From assembly GCA_013115145.1 (NCBI GenBank), contig JAAPAO010000217.1, forward strand, positions 1 to 51,688: 51,688 nucleotides of DNA, written 5' to 3'. The position numbers were made by a program, and so were the translations under genes. This DNA is from Perkinsus chesapeaki ATCC PRA-425. Taxonomy: Eukaryota > Protista > Perkinsozoa. The notes beneath the pieces were generated by a model that had not been told where the DNA came from, searched no databases, and saw only the letters and a list, made by a program, of their open reading frames with translations. Shown in pieces: positions 1 to 11,519 of the stretch (position 1 is its first letter; each line of letters starts with the position of its first letter).

Positions 1-73
1 CATATTTCCTATCAAACTCCTTTCTATTATATCTCCTCCTCCGTATCACTAGTAACATATTTCCTATCAAACT
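1..73. repeat. 18-nt direct repeat (2 copies) in the upstream ARF1 intron
   Basis: CATATTTCCTATCAAACT at 1-18 and 56-73. Confidence 0.85.
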
Positions 74-112
74 TTCTGTTCACCGAACGCATTTTCCCAG
101 TAGGGTTCTTAA

Positions 113-699
<587 letters not shown>

Positions 700-1384
700 A
701 GTATGAATAACAACAGCAGCAGCATTTTCAGAGGATATCTTTTCAACATTATTTATTGCGTTATAAAGTCTATGATATTATATTATCAACATGGCACAAT
801 AAAGTCCCAAATAGTGCTGCGATTTACCGGTCATATATTATAAACATATATCCGGGACCCGGATTCCGGGTAAATGATACCAGTAATTGAGACCGAATCA
901 CAGAAGTGCCGCACGTCGCCGATTGCATCGTCACTTGAGGTCCACATCACACATTCTTAGCACTCTAGGCTTTGCCGCGACTTTGTCTCATGAGATAACT
1001 TGGCCAGGTTCACTAGAGCAGTACTAAGCATAATAGGCTTTAGTATAACTTATTGGTTCAAGTATCTTGTACGCATGCACACGTGTAATAGTTTACTTCA
1101 CACAGTAGGGGAACCACCGGCAATGTTGTAGTGGAAACGAGAATGTTAGTTGTGTTGATTTGGTAATAAAGCAAAGAGCTCGAGTTCTATAAGAGTTTGA
1201 GGAACCCTCGTGTTGCTGGTGGTTCAACTGGGAATAACAACACAAAACAGAAAAGTGACAAAAGTTGTTAATAACATGATGAGTGCGGCTTTATGGCACG
1301 CACATTTACGTAATAATGAAGGGGAGTTATCATCATCATAATCACTCGGCACCAAGAGTCGTCTGAGTTTGCCGACCAAACCTT

Positions 1385-2080
1385 CTAGAAAAATCGGCAT
1401 ATTCGACCTGGCACGGAATCCTGACGTTAAAGCGCGCAAGATACGAAGTAGGTCGAAAACTGACCTGCCCTTCGTTAGCAGCATGTTCTGTTATCTTATG
1501 ATACATCATACATTTCTCAAAGGCAGCACGAGTAAGGAAGCATTTATCCTCCACTAAGGCACATGAATTAAGAAGCAACACTTAGCGAAGTTGCTCACTT
1601 TGAGAACTGCCCTTCCCCAGGAACATATAATCTTTTCCAGTCTTAACAGATTGAGCCAAGTAATTGGCCACACATTGACCATGTAACTGATAGAGAGATA
1701 AATATTAATTAAATACAAATATCTTACATTCAGTTCCATTTCACATGGTTGAGGTAGCTCTGTCGACATCGTTCGACGAAATGTGCTTCTATCTTGAGGC
1801 CTCTCCCTCATACACCTGAAAGGCACTCATTAAGCAAGCGATAAGAGGTCCTTACTTGGCAAAGTGTTCCCGAGATCCTGAGCATTTGTCATAGTTAGGG
1901 TCACCAGTGCCAGGAAGATACCTGCAAGAGTAGTTGATAATATAATAATATCCAATCCATGAAGTACGGTGTGTGTTCAGTTCTGGCTTCCCTCAAGAAT
2001 GTCTTAACACAGTCGGTATGAGCAGCTAGCTCTTTGTTACAGGTTGGTGTGAATGTAGTAGAGTCGACGACGACACTCAT
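1385..2080 (-). CDS. Small protein (about 160 aa) with four Cx9C motifs (two tandem CHCH domains), probably in the mitochondrial intermembrane space
   Basis: Spliced across 5 short GT-AG introns: MSVVVDSTTFTPT-CNKELAAHTDC-VKTFL...YDK-CSGSREHFAKC-MRER...QP-CEMELNLHGQC-VANYL...EDK-CFLTRAAFEKC-MMYH...DSVPGRICRFF*. Confidence 0.8.
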
Positions 2081-2205
2081 TTTAAGTTGCCCATGCCATC
2101 TCGGATGACCTGAGCACGCGTTGAGGAATAACAAGATTATGTAAGTACGCAAGATTTACTGATATCCAGTCTCTCCTGTTTCCACAAGTAAAAAGTTACA
2201 AAAAA

Positions 2206-3005
2206 ATGAAAATCGGAACCGGGTTTGCTGTTGTTTGCTGTAGTTGGAGTTAATTGTGACTACAAAGAGGAATGGTTCAAGGTAAAATTATAAAAGTAAT
2301 GACTTCAATTTTTGTATCAGATGAACCTCACGGTAGCGCCGCAGGTGGACTCTCCGACTCGGGTGTGTAAAATAGGCGAACTGCGGTAATGGAGAACATG
2401 CTTTTCACAACTCATGGAGATAATGAACCTTACACTTTGGCAACAGGGGCAATTGAATGTGATGATGGTATATGGTATAAAAGGTAAGTATAATTATATC
2501 ATTTATTACATTATTTATCATCCTTTTCTTTAGGAAGGGCAATGAAGGTGTATATGCTACGATAAATGGTAAACATAGTAACATTACGGATGATCCGCTG
2601 CTCCGATATAATATTAAAATACCACAAGCGTGGAGTACTGCGGAAATGAAGAGAATGCATGATTTGGACTGGCCGCTATCTTTTAAGTACGTTGGGAATG
2701 ACAATACATCGACACAGAACTATGACCAAGAAGACACGGGGAACCTTCGCACATATCAAGGTAAAGTAAAGAGAATGTGTCTATCTGCTGTAACACCTCT
2801 GTATAAGAAGCTTGGGTCTATATACGATTCATCCAGGACTGGATACGAAGTATTACACAGTCAACTGTGTAATATTTATAGAGATACTTTTAAAGATGAT
2901 ATTAATAGGATACAAAATGAAAAGCCAACCAGTGATAGAAATCAACCACCGACTATGTCATTGATCGCTCGCCGCGGTAGGACGGTAGAGCCGGTGAAGA
3001 TTTAA
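2206..3005 (+). CDS. Hypothetical protein, possibly secreted, multi-exon
   Basis: Hydrophobic leader (PGLLLFAVVGVNC), GT-AG introns at 2282-2320 and one ending at 2533, and a long last exon in frame with ORF 2646-3005. The ATG at 2206 is one base out of frame with the leader. Confidence 0.5.
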
Positions 3006-3267
3006 GAGCCGTAGTGGGCTCTGGAAAGTTTCACGAAGGATACTGTATGTACGAGAGGCGGAGACTAAAACATTTATATCGCTGTAGTGTGGATGTTTAT
3101 AAAGTTCATTCTTAACATGTCGATGATGTTATAATGGTGTACCAATAAAACAATATAGATTTTTATTTTGTTTGTTAATTCTTCGCACAAGACTTATGTC
3201 AAGACTATACCCCGGTAAAGACAGATGAGGTGAGGAGAGAAGTGTCATGGTTGAGATGGAATTATGA

Positions 3268-3298
3268 ATGATGATGATGATGATGATGACGGTGGTGG

Positions 3299-3339
<41 letters not shown>
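3268..3339. repeat. (ATG/GAT)n microsatellite interrupted by GACGGTGGTGGT
   Basis: Directly visible trinucleotide run in intergenic DNA. Confidence 0.95.
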
Positions 3340-3458
3340 TTAATGGATGAATGCAGTATGGGTATTTATTTGTAGAGCATATGAGACATTATCTAATTCA
3401 TTTTATACCACTTCAATCGCTTTTATTCGTGTTGAGTGGTGTGAGTGATTGCCCTGGA

Positions 3459-4193
3459 AGATTATGTATATCGGGCCATGGCAGGAGCTGGAGTTAGCAA
3501 GGCTTCTTGCACGACATCGATTAACAGTGAATCCAAAACAGCAACAGTCACCGCGACAGGCCACCAAAGGAAGTAGATGGGCAATCGACGATAATAGTGC
3601 GTTGGATATTATAACCTCCTGATTTGGTAAGACTGGCTCAGGTATCAAGAACTCTCCACGAGTGGTGTTGCCTCATCTGCTGTCAAGGAGAGTTATGAAT
3701 CATAAGAAGACGGCTCAGCGTTGCGATGCTTTATCATCATCCTCCTGTGAACCATTAGATTCATCGAGGATTCGGTATGACAGATTACTCGGAGTTGCAG
3801 GTGATGAGTCCATTGGTATTGGGATTGTTTATGTATCTTTCAGACAACTCGATCCAGGTCGAAGGATTCCTGCCCCAGCTTGTCCCGAAAGCGCGGTAAG
3901 TTCTCGTCTCATCGGCGTTATCGCAAATGCTCAGACGATACGCTATGACTTCCAAATCTCGGACGACACCACGACGATCAACGACGGACAAGCGTCGCAT
4001 GCACCTCGAGAAAGTGCGAAGAGTTTACCTCCAGACTTATGGTGAAGAGGAACCAGAGGAGATGTCTTCTTCTAGCAGCAAATCGATTACCGACAATAAC
4101 GAGTTAAATGACCCTCTTGTAGCGTGGAGCGACGGGCTTGATATTAACAAGTTGCTTGAGAGCCCTCAGTTATCAATGGCACCAATTGGTTAA
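3459..4193 (+). CDS. Hypothetical multi-exon protein (boundaries approximate)
   Basis: Exon-like segments IGPWQELELARLL and DKRRMHLEKVRRVYLQTYGEEEPEEM...SMAPIG* flanked by GT/AG sites. Confidence 0.5.
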
Positions 4194-4285
4194 CTACACT
4201 ATGTTGAGTTGAGTGTTTCGATGAACTTCATACGCAACATTCAGAATCTCATACGAACTCTCACAGTCATGCTTTCTCATAACTC

Positions 4286-5400
4286 TCAACCGCCTCGGCA
4301 GCATCCTCGACTAGTCGCAGCGTGCCTTGGTGTGTTGCCAGCTCCGAGTGTGATCGGTGTTGTAGTCGCCCCGGTAGAGTTGCCTGTGATGGCTAATGTC
4401 TGTAAGGGAAGTTTCTGTGCAATTGCTTCGAATAAAGCCACCACGTTTTGACCTAGATAGTTAGAAAACAACATTGGACGGACATAAAGGATTCACCTGT
4501 TTTGGCGCTTGTCTGACAGAAAACCAAACCATGAGTTATAGCATACTCTCGAGCAAGCGCTACGGGGACCCTGATGGGGAGTTACGCAGCCGGAAGGATA
4601 TGCTGCCATCACTCCTGGTCTGCGACGTCCATTTTATTTCCTGCAAGTGCCACAACGATGTTAGGATTGTTGACCATAGACAACTGCTTTATCCTGAACT
4701 CGAGCTGGATGCTGCTGAGCTGTCATATCATCTTACCAGTCCTTCGCTCTCTCAAAACTGGCCATTGACGTTTGATCGTACACCACAATTGCACAGGAAG
4801 CATTTCTATAGTACATCGGAGCGAGCGAGCGAAACCTTTCCTGGCCTGAAATGGGACCGTATACCGGCTGATAATCATATTGTGATCGTGAAATTGGGAA
4901 GAAAGTTTAACTTTGCGTTTAGTGGAGGCACGATACTGTCATAATTGAAGTACTTGTCGTAAAGCACAAATCCGTTAAACTGCGCCGCCCGGGAATCGAA
5001 CCCGGATTTTCCGTTTGGCAGACAGAAGTCGTAACCTTTAGACCAGCGGCGCGGACGAATTCTAGCGTCGTCGGAAAGAGTGGTCATCTAGCGTACCAGC
5101 AGTGTCCCATATCTCAAACTTTATCAGCCTGTTCGAGCCAGGAACTAACAAATCTTGCGTTGAGAATGCTGCGCCAATTGTCGTTTGAACAGTTTCCGCA
5201 AAGGAGTTGTGCACCTGACCAACCGACGCCGGGTTTAGCATGCCCTCGAAGACCTACAAAGCGTTGCACGAGCGAAGTCTTCCCGACCGACGCATCTCTG
5301 AGAGAACAACAAACTTGATAGAGTAAATGAATGGCTTAGCTCACCCAAGCAGGACTAGCTTATAGCCCTGCTTCTTGCTGGGCGATGCATCGACAGTCAT
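4286..5400 (-). CDS. RAB5: Rab5-family small GTPase, 7 exons
   Basis: Spliced translation [32 protein letters not shown]...TTIGAAF...FEIWDTAG|[23 protein letters not shown]...LAGNKMD...[19 protein letters not shown]...GCCRGG*. All G-boxes, the Rab5-type TIGAAF and SLAPMYYR, and a C-terminal CC are present. The paralogue (5A/5B/5C) was not resolved. Confidence 0.93.
4878..4980 (-). ncRNA. Candidate H/ACA-like small RNA immediately 3' of tRNA-Gly
   Basis: Short hairpin, then an ANANNA box (ACAGTA, 4934-4939), then a hairpin closed by TCGTG/CACGA, then ACA (4881-4883). Pocket spacing is longer than canonical, so this is speculative. Confidence 0.25.
4981..5052 (-). tRNA. tRNA-Gly(GCC), inside the Rab5 intron 4846-5096, same strand
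   Basis: 72-nt cloverleaf: perfect acceptor stem GCGCCGC/GCGGCGC, anticodon arm TCTGT-CTGCCAA-ACGGA, T arm CCGGG-TTCGATT-CCCGG. Confidence 0.95.
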
Positions 5401-5499
5401 AGTAGAATCTCAAGAGTGATGGAATGACTTGAACGTAACAGGCCAGCAGTTGAACATCAACATCGTAACATGAGATTAACACGTTTTAAGATATTTTGA

Positions 5500-8446
5500 A
5501 TCCAGAAGGCCATGGGCCCGAATGGTTATAGTTCAGATACCAAGGCTTAAAGTTGCTGCCTTCTCGGCTAGAAGTGTCAGAGAAAATGTGTGATAAAGGA
5601 GCCCTGAAAAGTGGACAAGTGAGAAGATAACCTTCAGAAAATAGGTTACCCCATCGGCGAGGAGATGTTGAGGGAATTCAGATCTCCCAAAGGCGAGTCG
5701 AGACCGTCCGAAACTGAGATGGCTATGGTGCAAACGCCTGCATCCTCGCGTTACCCTGGCCTTGAGGAGAGCTCATTTGAGAATGCGCAGGGGTTGGCAA
5801 GTCGAGCGTGATGATGCGCAGTTTGGGGCGTGTCAATGGAGAGTCCAAATCTTCGACCGACATCAACTAAAAGAGAGACATGAAGATTTCACCATCACAT
5901 CATATGTCAATCACAAAAGTCTAGTTCACCAACTAACCTCCGTGCTCGTGACGCGTGATGCATTTTTGAGCCGGCCAGCCTGAGGATCGTGTGCGGCGGT
6001 CCTACTGCCCAGTACTGCTTGTTGACGTGAAAGTTGGAGGTCGAAACTGAAGGACGCTTTGCATGCCCGGATCCACTTGACGCGAACCTGATGCCTGGCA
6101 GCCGCTTCGGTGATTCCTGTGCATCCTCGTGAGCCGTCTTGTCCAGAGGTCTGAGAAGGACAATGCAGGGAGACAACGAGTCAAAGGTAGCATCACCGAT
6201 CCGGCGATCCCTCTACTTCTCGAGCTCTCTGAGCTCGACTAAGCTGCAAATCCATAACGTGATTACCGATGCCCGCACGGTGAAGATTCGAAAGATACGT
6301 CGTCGTAAGACGGGATAATGACCTGAGCTCGAACACCCAAATACCCCCACAGTATCGCAGTTCGTACATGTCCGGGCTGAGAGATTGAACAACAGTGTCG
6401 AGTCGGTTGCGTTCTCCTCGCACCACACCGCTCCCACGAGAAAGCTGCTGTGAGAAAAGAATGCCCGACTTCGGGTCGGATCTGTTAAACATCGATGTGG
6501 GTCTTTTGGCCTTCGTTCACTTACTGGCCGATTTTTTCCAAATTACATGGCAATGGCTCACCTAGCAAAACCGCTGACTTCCTTTTCGTGAGCAGATCGG
6601 GTTTGGAGAGTTTATCAAAGTCGATAAGATAAGACATGCTGTTGGTCCGCGTGCCTGTGGAGAGGACTTGCTTCCCATGGGAAGGCTTTTCTACTCATTT
6701 TCATGTCCGCGTCGGGCAAGGGGGTGAACTTGCTCTCATGAAACGCTCGAGCAGCCATGCTTGGTCTAGGAAGCATCCTGAGGTTGAGCGTGCAAGATAT
6801 AAAATAGGTCAAGTTTTAGTGTACTTATCAAACAAAGGTATTCTTATTGATCCTAGCCCTCCACCCAGGAGATACGCATCACTCGGCGCGCGGCTCAAGG
6901 GAGACCCCCCAACGCTCTTTTTCTGAGAAATCCATGCAGTCCAACAAAAGTGGATTCGACCAGTGCAAAAGCAATGGGAAGAGGTGCTCCGGAACAGTAA
7001 TGATAGTCACGAAATAATGTAGTGTGATCTGGGATTGTTCTGTCTCCTCAAGAGATTGTCCTTATTCGAACCCCTTATAAAAATAGTCCTATTGAATCTA
7101 TTTAGCAACTTGCCCCTTCCCTTGGGAACCGGCAAGTAGAGTTGTCCCGTCGATGTTTGATGTCCGGGAATTGCTGACCTTATTAGCCTTTCGAAAGTAT
7201 TCCTCTTGCTCAGGTGTCAGTTCATAGTCATCATCACTATCATATATCGTAACATGCTTCCCGCTTCCTCTATTCTTAGTAACCTGGATATTACAGATAT
7301 GTTCGGATTTAAAACACTCCGGGCGGGGCTCGAACCCGCGACCACGGGCTTAAAAGGCACGCGCTCTGCCGACTGAGCTACCGGAGCTATGCAATACCTA
7401 CCGTCCCAATTTTCATGGCCTCCGCTCTATCAGTAATCTTCTTCATCACGGCTCTCTGCCTCTCTTCAATCAGGGCCTCGACTTTATCCCGCCGTGTTTC
7501 CGACGGAATGCGTTCATTGAAGTCGGGTATCTACTCAAGATTTGCCTAGTTGGTGAGTTCCCTCCAACGCACATCAACCGATCGCCATCTCGCATCATAG
7601 TTGGGCTTGTATCGAGTGTAGTCTGGGACTTCTTTATTCAGGATTTCTTTCCTGAGACCAACAGCGTTGAGGAAATGCAAGATTGCAAGATTTAAGACCT
7701 CATCCGTTCTTCTCGACTTAAGGTGAGGAATGCAGCGGATCCTTTCGATTTTGCCGGAACCGACTTGCTCCGTGTCATGACAGGTACTTGCTTTTTACGA
7801 AGCTGTGCTGCTGCTGCTGCAGTTGTTGTTGCAGCCTGTGCATCACGTTGGTGTTTATTTTCTGAAGTAGTATGAGATGTAAGTCTGTCTGGGTCGTGCG
7901 CGACGATAACGAATTCACGGATCGACGTCACACCCCGCCGGGGTGACCCTGGTCAGACATCTATTGCATTCTACCCGCCCCTGCTACGCAAATGGTTATA
8001 ACGAATGTAAAAGGCAAACGATAACCACCTCTGTGGCTGCTAACGTGACCGTATCTGCTCTCCTATCTGCAATTGTGGTATTCGTATAACGGAAGTCTCC
8101 CAGAGGAAGAGGTATACAAACACTAAGGGATTGCTTGGAACTAATATTCCACGACTTCCTCTCACAACCGGCTTGCCCACCTCTGGCGAGTCTGTGTTTC
8201 CGCAATAGATAGTTCATTTGTTCGGTGACCCCCAAATAACGGCGTTTTCGATGTCCTTTTTTCTTCAACTTCGCCACCATCGCCGCGGTATCTCCAAAAT
8301 TGTCCGCCTGAGGGACACCAATCGTTCCTCATCACGGGAACTGCAAGACTCACCGATTTAGCTCTCCTTAGCTGACGCCTTTCCTTTATCATCGTCGAAT
8401 AGTCATACCACGGATCGATACCGACACCTATTACATTTATACTCAT
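5500..8446 (-). CDS. Large hypothetical multi-exon protein, host of tRNA-Lys (ends approximate)
   Basis: Exons join in frame: ...ERMR|KEILNKEVPDYTRYKPNYDARWRS|IPDFNERIPSETRRDKVEALIEERQRAVMKKITDRAEAMKIGT|VTKNRGSGKHVTIYDSDDDYELTPEQEEYFRKANK|... The start candidate is MSINVIGVGIDPWYD at 8446. Confidence 0.6.
7315..7387 (-). tRNA. tRNA-Lys(UUU), inside intron 7284-7401, same strand; one anticodon-stem mismatch
   Basis: 73-nt cloverleaf GCTCCGG TA GCTC AGTCGGCA GAGC G CGTGC CTTTTAA GCCCG TGGTC GCGGG TTCGAGC CCCGC CCGGAGT G, followed by TTTT. U29.C41 is a mismatch. Confidence 0.88.
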
Positions 8447-8738
8447 AAGAACAACGGCACCATGCCCTTAGAGAGTTTAGGAAAACGTGACCGATTCGGA
8501 CAATCCTACAAATGTAAAGTTCCCCTACTCGAACTAATACTGAACTGCCTCTACACTACTACCGCCAAGACAATGCAGTAGACAAGACCAAGGAGAGACT
8601 ACAGAGAACTATAAAGGATGATGCCTAAGATAAATTCTTGCCAATGACTATGTCAAATTATCCCTGCGAATGACTTATACTTTGGTATTTCCAGACACTA
8701 ATGCCCAATTATCGAGATGTCACTGGTATTGAGGGTCC

Positions 8739-9180
8739 CTATGCCTCGACGAGCAAGTCATGAAGCTTACCTAATTGCTTTCGTAATGCATCTAACTCAG
8801 TAGCTGTAGACTTGCCAGCAGCAGACACCTCACCGCCTTCAATAATATAACCATCAGAGGACATGAAGCGAAATCCAAAAACTTTCCCACACCGAATGGA
8901 ACCGGGCAAACGCCGAGCTTTGTACAAATGCCACTGATGATAGTATTAAAAGCCACGATGCTACGCAGGGACATCCGACTTCGCCTTGATCCCGAAGTGA
9001 GATACTTTCGAGGTGATAGACTCCCTCGCCGCCAAGGCTCAACTTGACGAGCAGTAAATTAACAACACAATAATACAGGTCGATAAAAAAGGTATCGAGA
9101 AAGTGTAGCGTTTTTTGTGGCTCTAAACCGAGTCTTCCCGGTGACAACTCTAACACTTCGGGGATGTTTTGGTTACTCAT
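8739..9180 (-). CDS. Hypothetical protein
   Basis: MSNQNIPEVLELSPGRL... start and a last exon ...ELDALRKQLGKLHDLLVEA*, with GT-AG intervals between them. Confidence 0.45.
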
Positions 9181-9374
9181 TAGGAAATGGGAGAAAAAAC
9201 GACTAATGCGAGCACAGATATCAGGCACAGCGCCTACAACTACATGAACTATGAATGATTACAGAACGTTCTTATACACGCAAGCGCCGGAGGGGAAGGG
9301 GTAGACAGCAGGCGCAAAGCCACACACTGTGCGGGGCGCAACGGCCGGCTGCTGCCCCAGACACTGCAAAAGCT

Positions 9375-11107
9375 TTAGAATGAAATAAGATTGTCAAAGT
9401 CACCAACACCATTCAGCATGTCATTTGTTATATCCAATACTAGCATGTGTCCTGGACTATGGGTTATTAATAACTCCGGATGAGCTGAGAGAGCACCAGT
9501 TGCTGAGGTAACACCGCAACACCAGAAGACATATATCTGATAGGCACGGAAAGAATGCAAAGATGTAGTGACTGTGGATCGATGAACCCTTGCCGTCTTA
9601 AACCCTAACATGCATACTCATTAACCGAAGTCACCTTCACTCTGCCCCTCAACGAAGCTTCTCATAACGTTGCTTGAAGAGCTCTTATCTCCAACAGGCA
9701 AAACGGTATAGTGGCATTCAAAATGCCTTTTGATAGCTATTGAAATTGTTCAATTTCGCGACTCTATCAAACCGTGTTGTATGGGACGTTCCCGCTGTTA
9801 CAAAATGGTTCACTTTTCTTACATCATCCTTCTCTAAGGTAATCCTATCACCATAATCTGGCGGCTTAGTTACATCAACTCCGATCATTCGACCATCACC
9901 GATATGCATTGGTCTACCGTGGGCGAGTGGATACTTGCTAGTAACCTCGATGACCCGAGAAATCTACACAGTGCGAAAAGATTCCACGGAATGCTTAGAG
10001 GTTCGCATTCACCTGATTCAACTTGTACGGTCGCATAGACACAACCAAAACACCCCCGAAAGGACCGGCAACCTAAGGATGTATAAATCGATTAAGCGAT
10101 CGATTATGATTAGCTCACCTTATTGGGAATATTCGTGCGGTACATCGCAACATTCTTACCTTCAACCATATGCCTGGGAGGGACACCTACAACAAAAATG
10201 GCAAACATGAAACGCTTCGCTCCGCCTAATTCCTACCAGCTTGAGCAAGCTTATCCTCCCAAGAGAAGCTGCAACCAAAGATGAATCCTGTAAGGCCAGT
10301 GGCAGCAACGTTCTCTGGTAAACTCTGGTCCGCGGCGGCGGCGGCGCTGAGAACTTCTTTACTCTCACCGTTATAATGTATAACATACTTCGGCAAATCT
10401 GTCGAATTGGGATATCTTTACGCACTCGAAGATTTCAACGAGTACATCCATTTAACCGAGACCGTACCGCCGATTTTACCTTGGATGAACTTTTACGCAG
10501 TTTTCTCCCGGGAAATAATGCACATTTCCGAAATATCAAAGGTACGCACTAAAACTGACAGAGACTTCTAAAGCAGCAAACGATGCCAGAAGGGAAGGGA
10601 CAGCGAAGCCAAGTACTCAAGAAGGCGATGAAAAAGAGGGAAAGAAAACTCAATGAATTTCTGAACAAAGAAACTCAGTTTTTCCGGACAAAGGCCACAA
10701 CTGGTAGAAGTTTCAGCACCTATCTGCCACTTTCCGTGGCGAATAGACCCGACAGTTTCGGCCGAGACGGTGTACATATCTTCAACAGTCCCAGTGATAT
10801 GCGGCAACCTACCTGTAAGGATATCCGCTCCAGGAGCCACAACCGTTGAAACAAGCCTTAGTCTTAGATGATGCTGACCATCCACGGTAGAGTCGATTGT
10901 CTCAAGTAGCGGACATGCTTGGGGATTCAACGAGCAGAATGATTGAAAATCGTCCTTATAGTGGGATGGCAATATAACAAGGTTAGCCTGACACATGCAG
11001 GATGCTATCTTTAAAGGATTCAACGACGCTCCCCTTATTTCCGCCGACTCTGTAGAATGATTATTACAAGTATTGCAGTTTGCCCTCCTTTCGAGACCAA
11101 ATGGCAT
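9375..11107 (-). CDS. DUF1445 / UPF0317 putative hydro-lyase (D-glutamate cyclase-like, single domain); start uncertain
   Basis: Family motifs in order across exons: QANLVILPSHYKDDFQSFCSLNPQACPLLE; GADILT|DLPKY; GFIFGCSFSWE; GVPPRHMVEGKNVAMYRTN; GPFGGVLVVSMRPY; YPLAHGRPMHIGD; PDYGD; VFWCCGVTS; ITHSPGHMLVLD. Confidence 0.92.
10208..10227. repeat. Copy 1 of a 20-nt intronic motif, TGAAACGCTTCGCTCCGCCT
   Basis: Lies in the 50-nt intron 10187-10236 of the minus-strand DUF1445 gene; identical to 29545-29564. Confidence 0.85.
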
Positions 11108-11519
11108 CACTGTCGGGTCAAGAAGTCACCGGAAAATTCTAATAAGCGTGTCACTTCATTATCAATAATAACTTGTAGGACACTGCAGGTGAATTCAGCG
11201 GGCGAATTCAAAAAATTAAACCGGGGATAGTTTCATTACCAAATTGGCGTGCAACGTCGCTTCCATTCTCCCCAACAAATTAAGATATTTTTCCTCCTCC
11301 TCCTCCACTACATTCCTCAGCGCTTCATACACACCCAACTCGGTATTAATTCAAAGAAATTTTCATCAAAAACTTTTCAAGCCGAAATCGAAGGCATGCT
11401 TACAAGTGTCGAATGCGCTAAGTGAAAAACAGCTAAAACGAAAACGCGAGGTGAACCGTCTACAAAACAGCTACCCCTACAATTTGATAATCGTTATATT
11501 GCCGGTGATCGAATAACTA

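Noticed and set aside
10735-10795. Hammerhead-like GGCCGAAAC on the minus strand
   Set aside because: The upstream core is CTGTTGA rather than CTGANGA, and stem II does not abut the GAAA.
10583-10849. 88-aa plus-strand ORF nested in the DUF1445 intron
   Set aside because: The K/E/R richness is the complement of a pyrimidine tract; there are no splice signals or recognisable domain.
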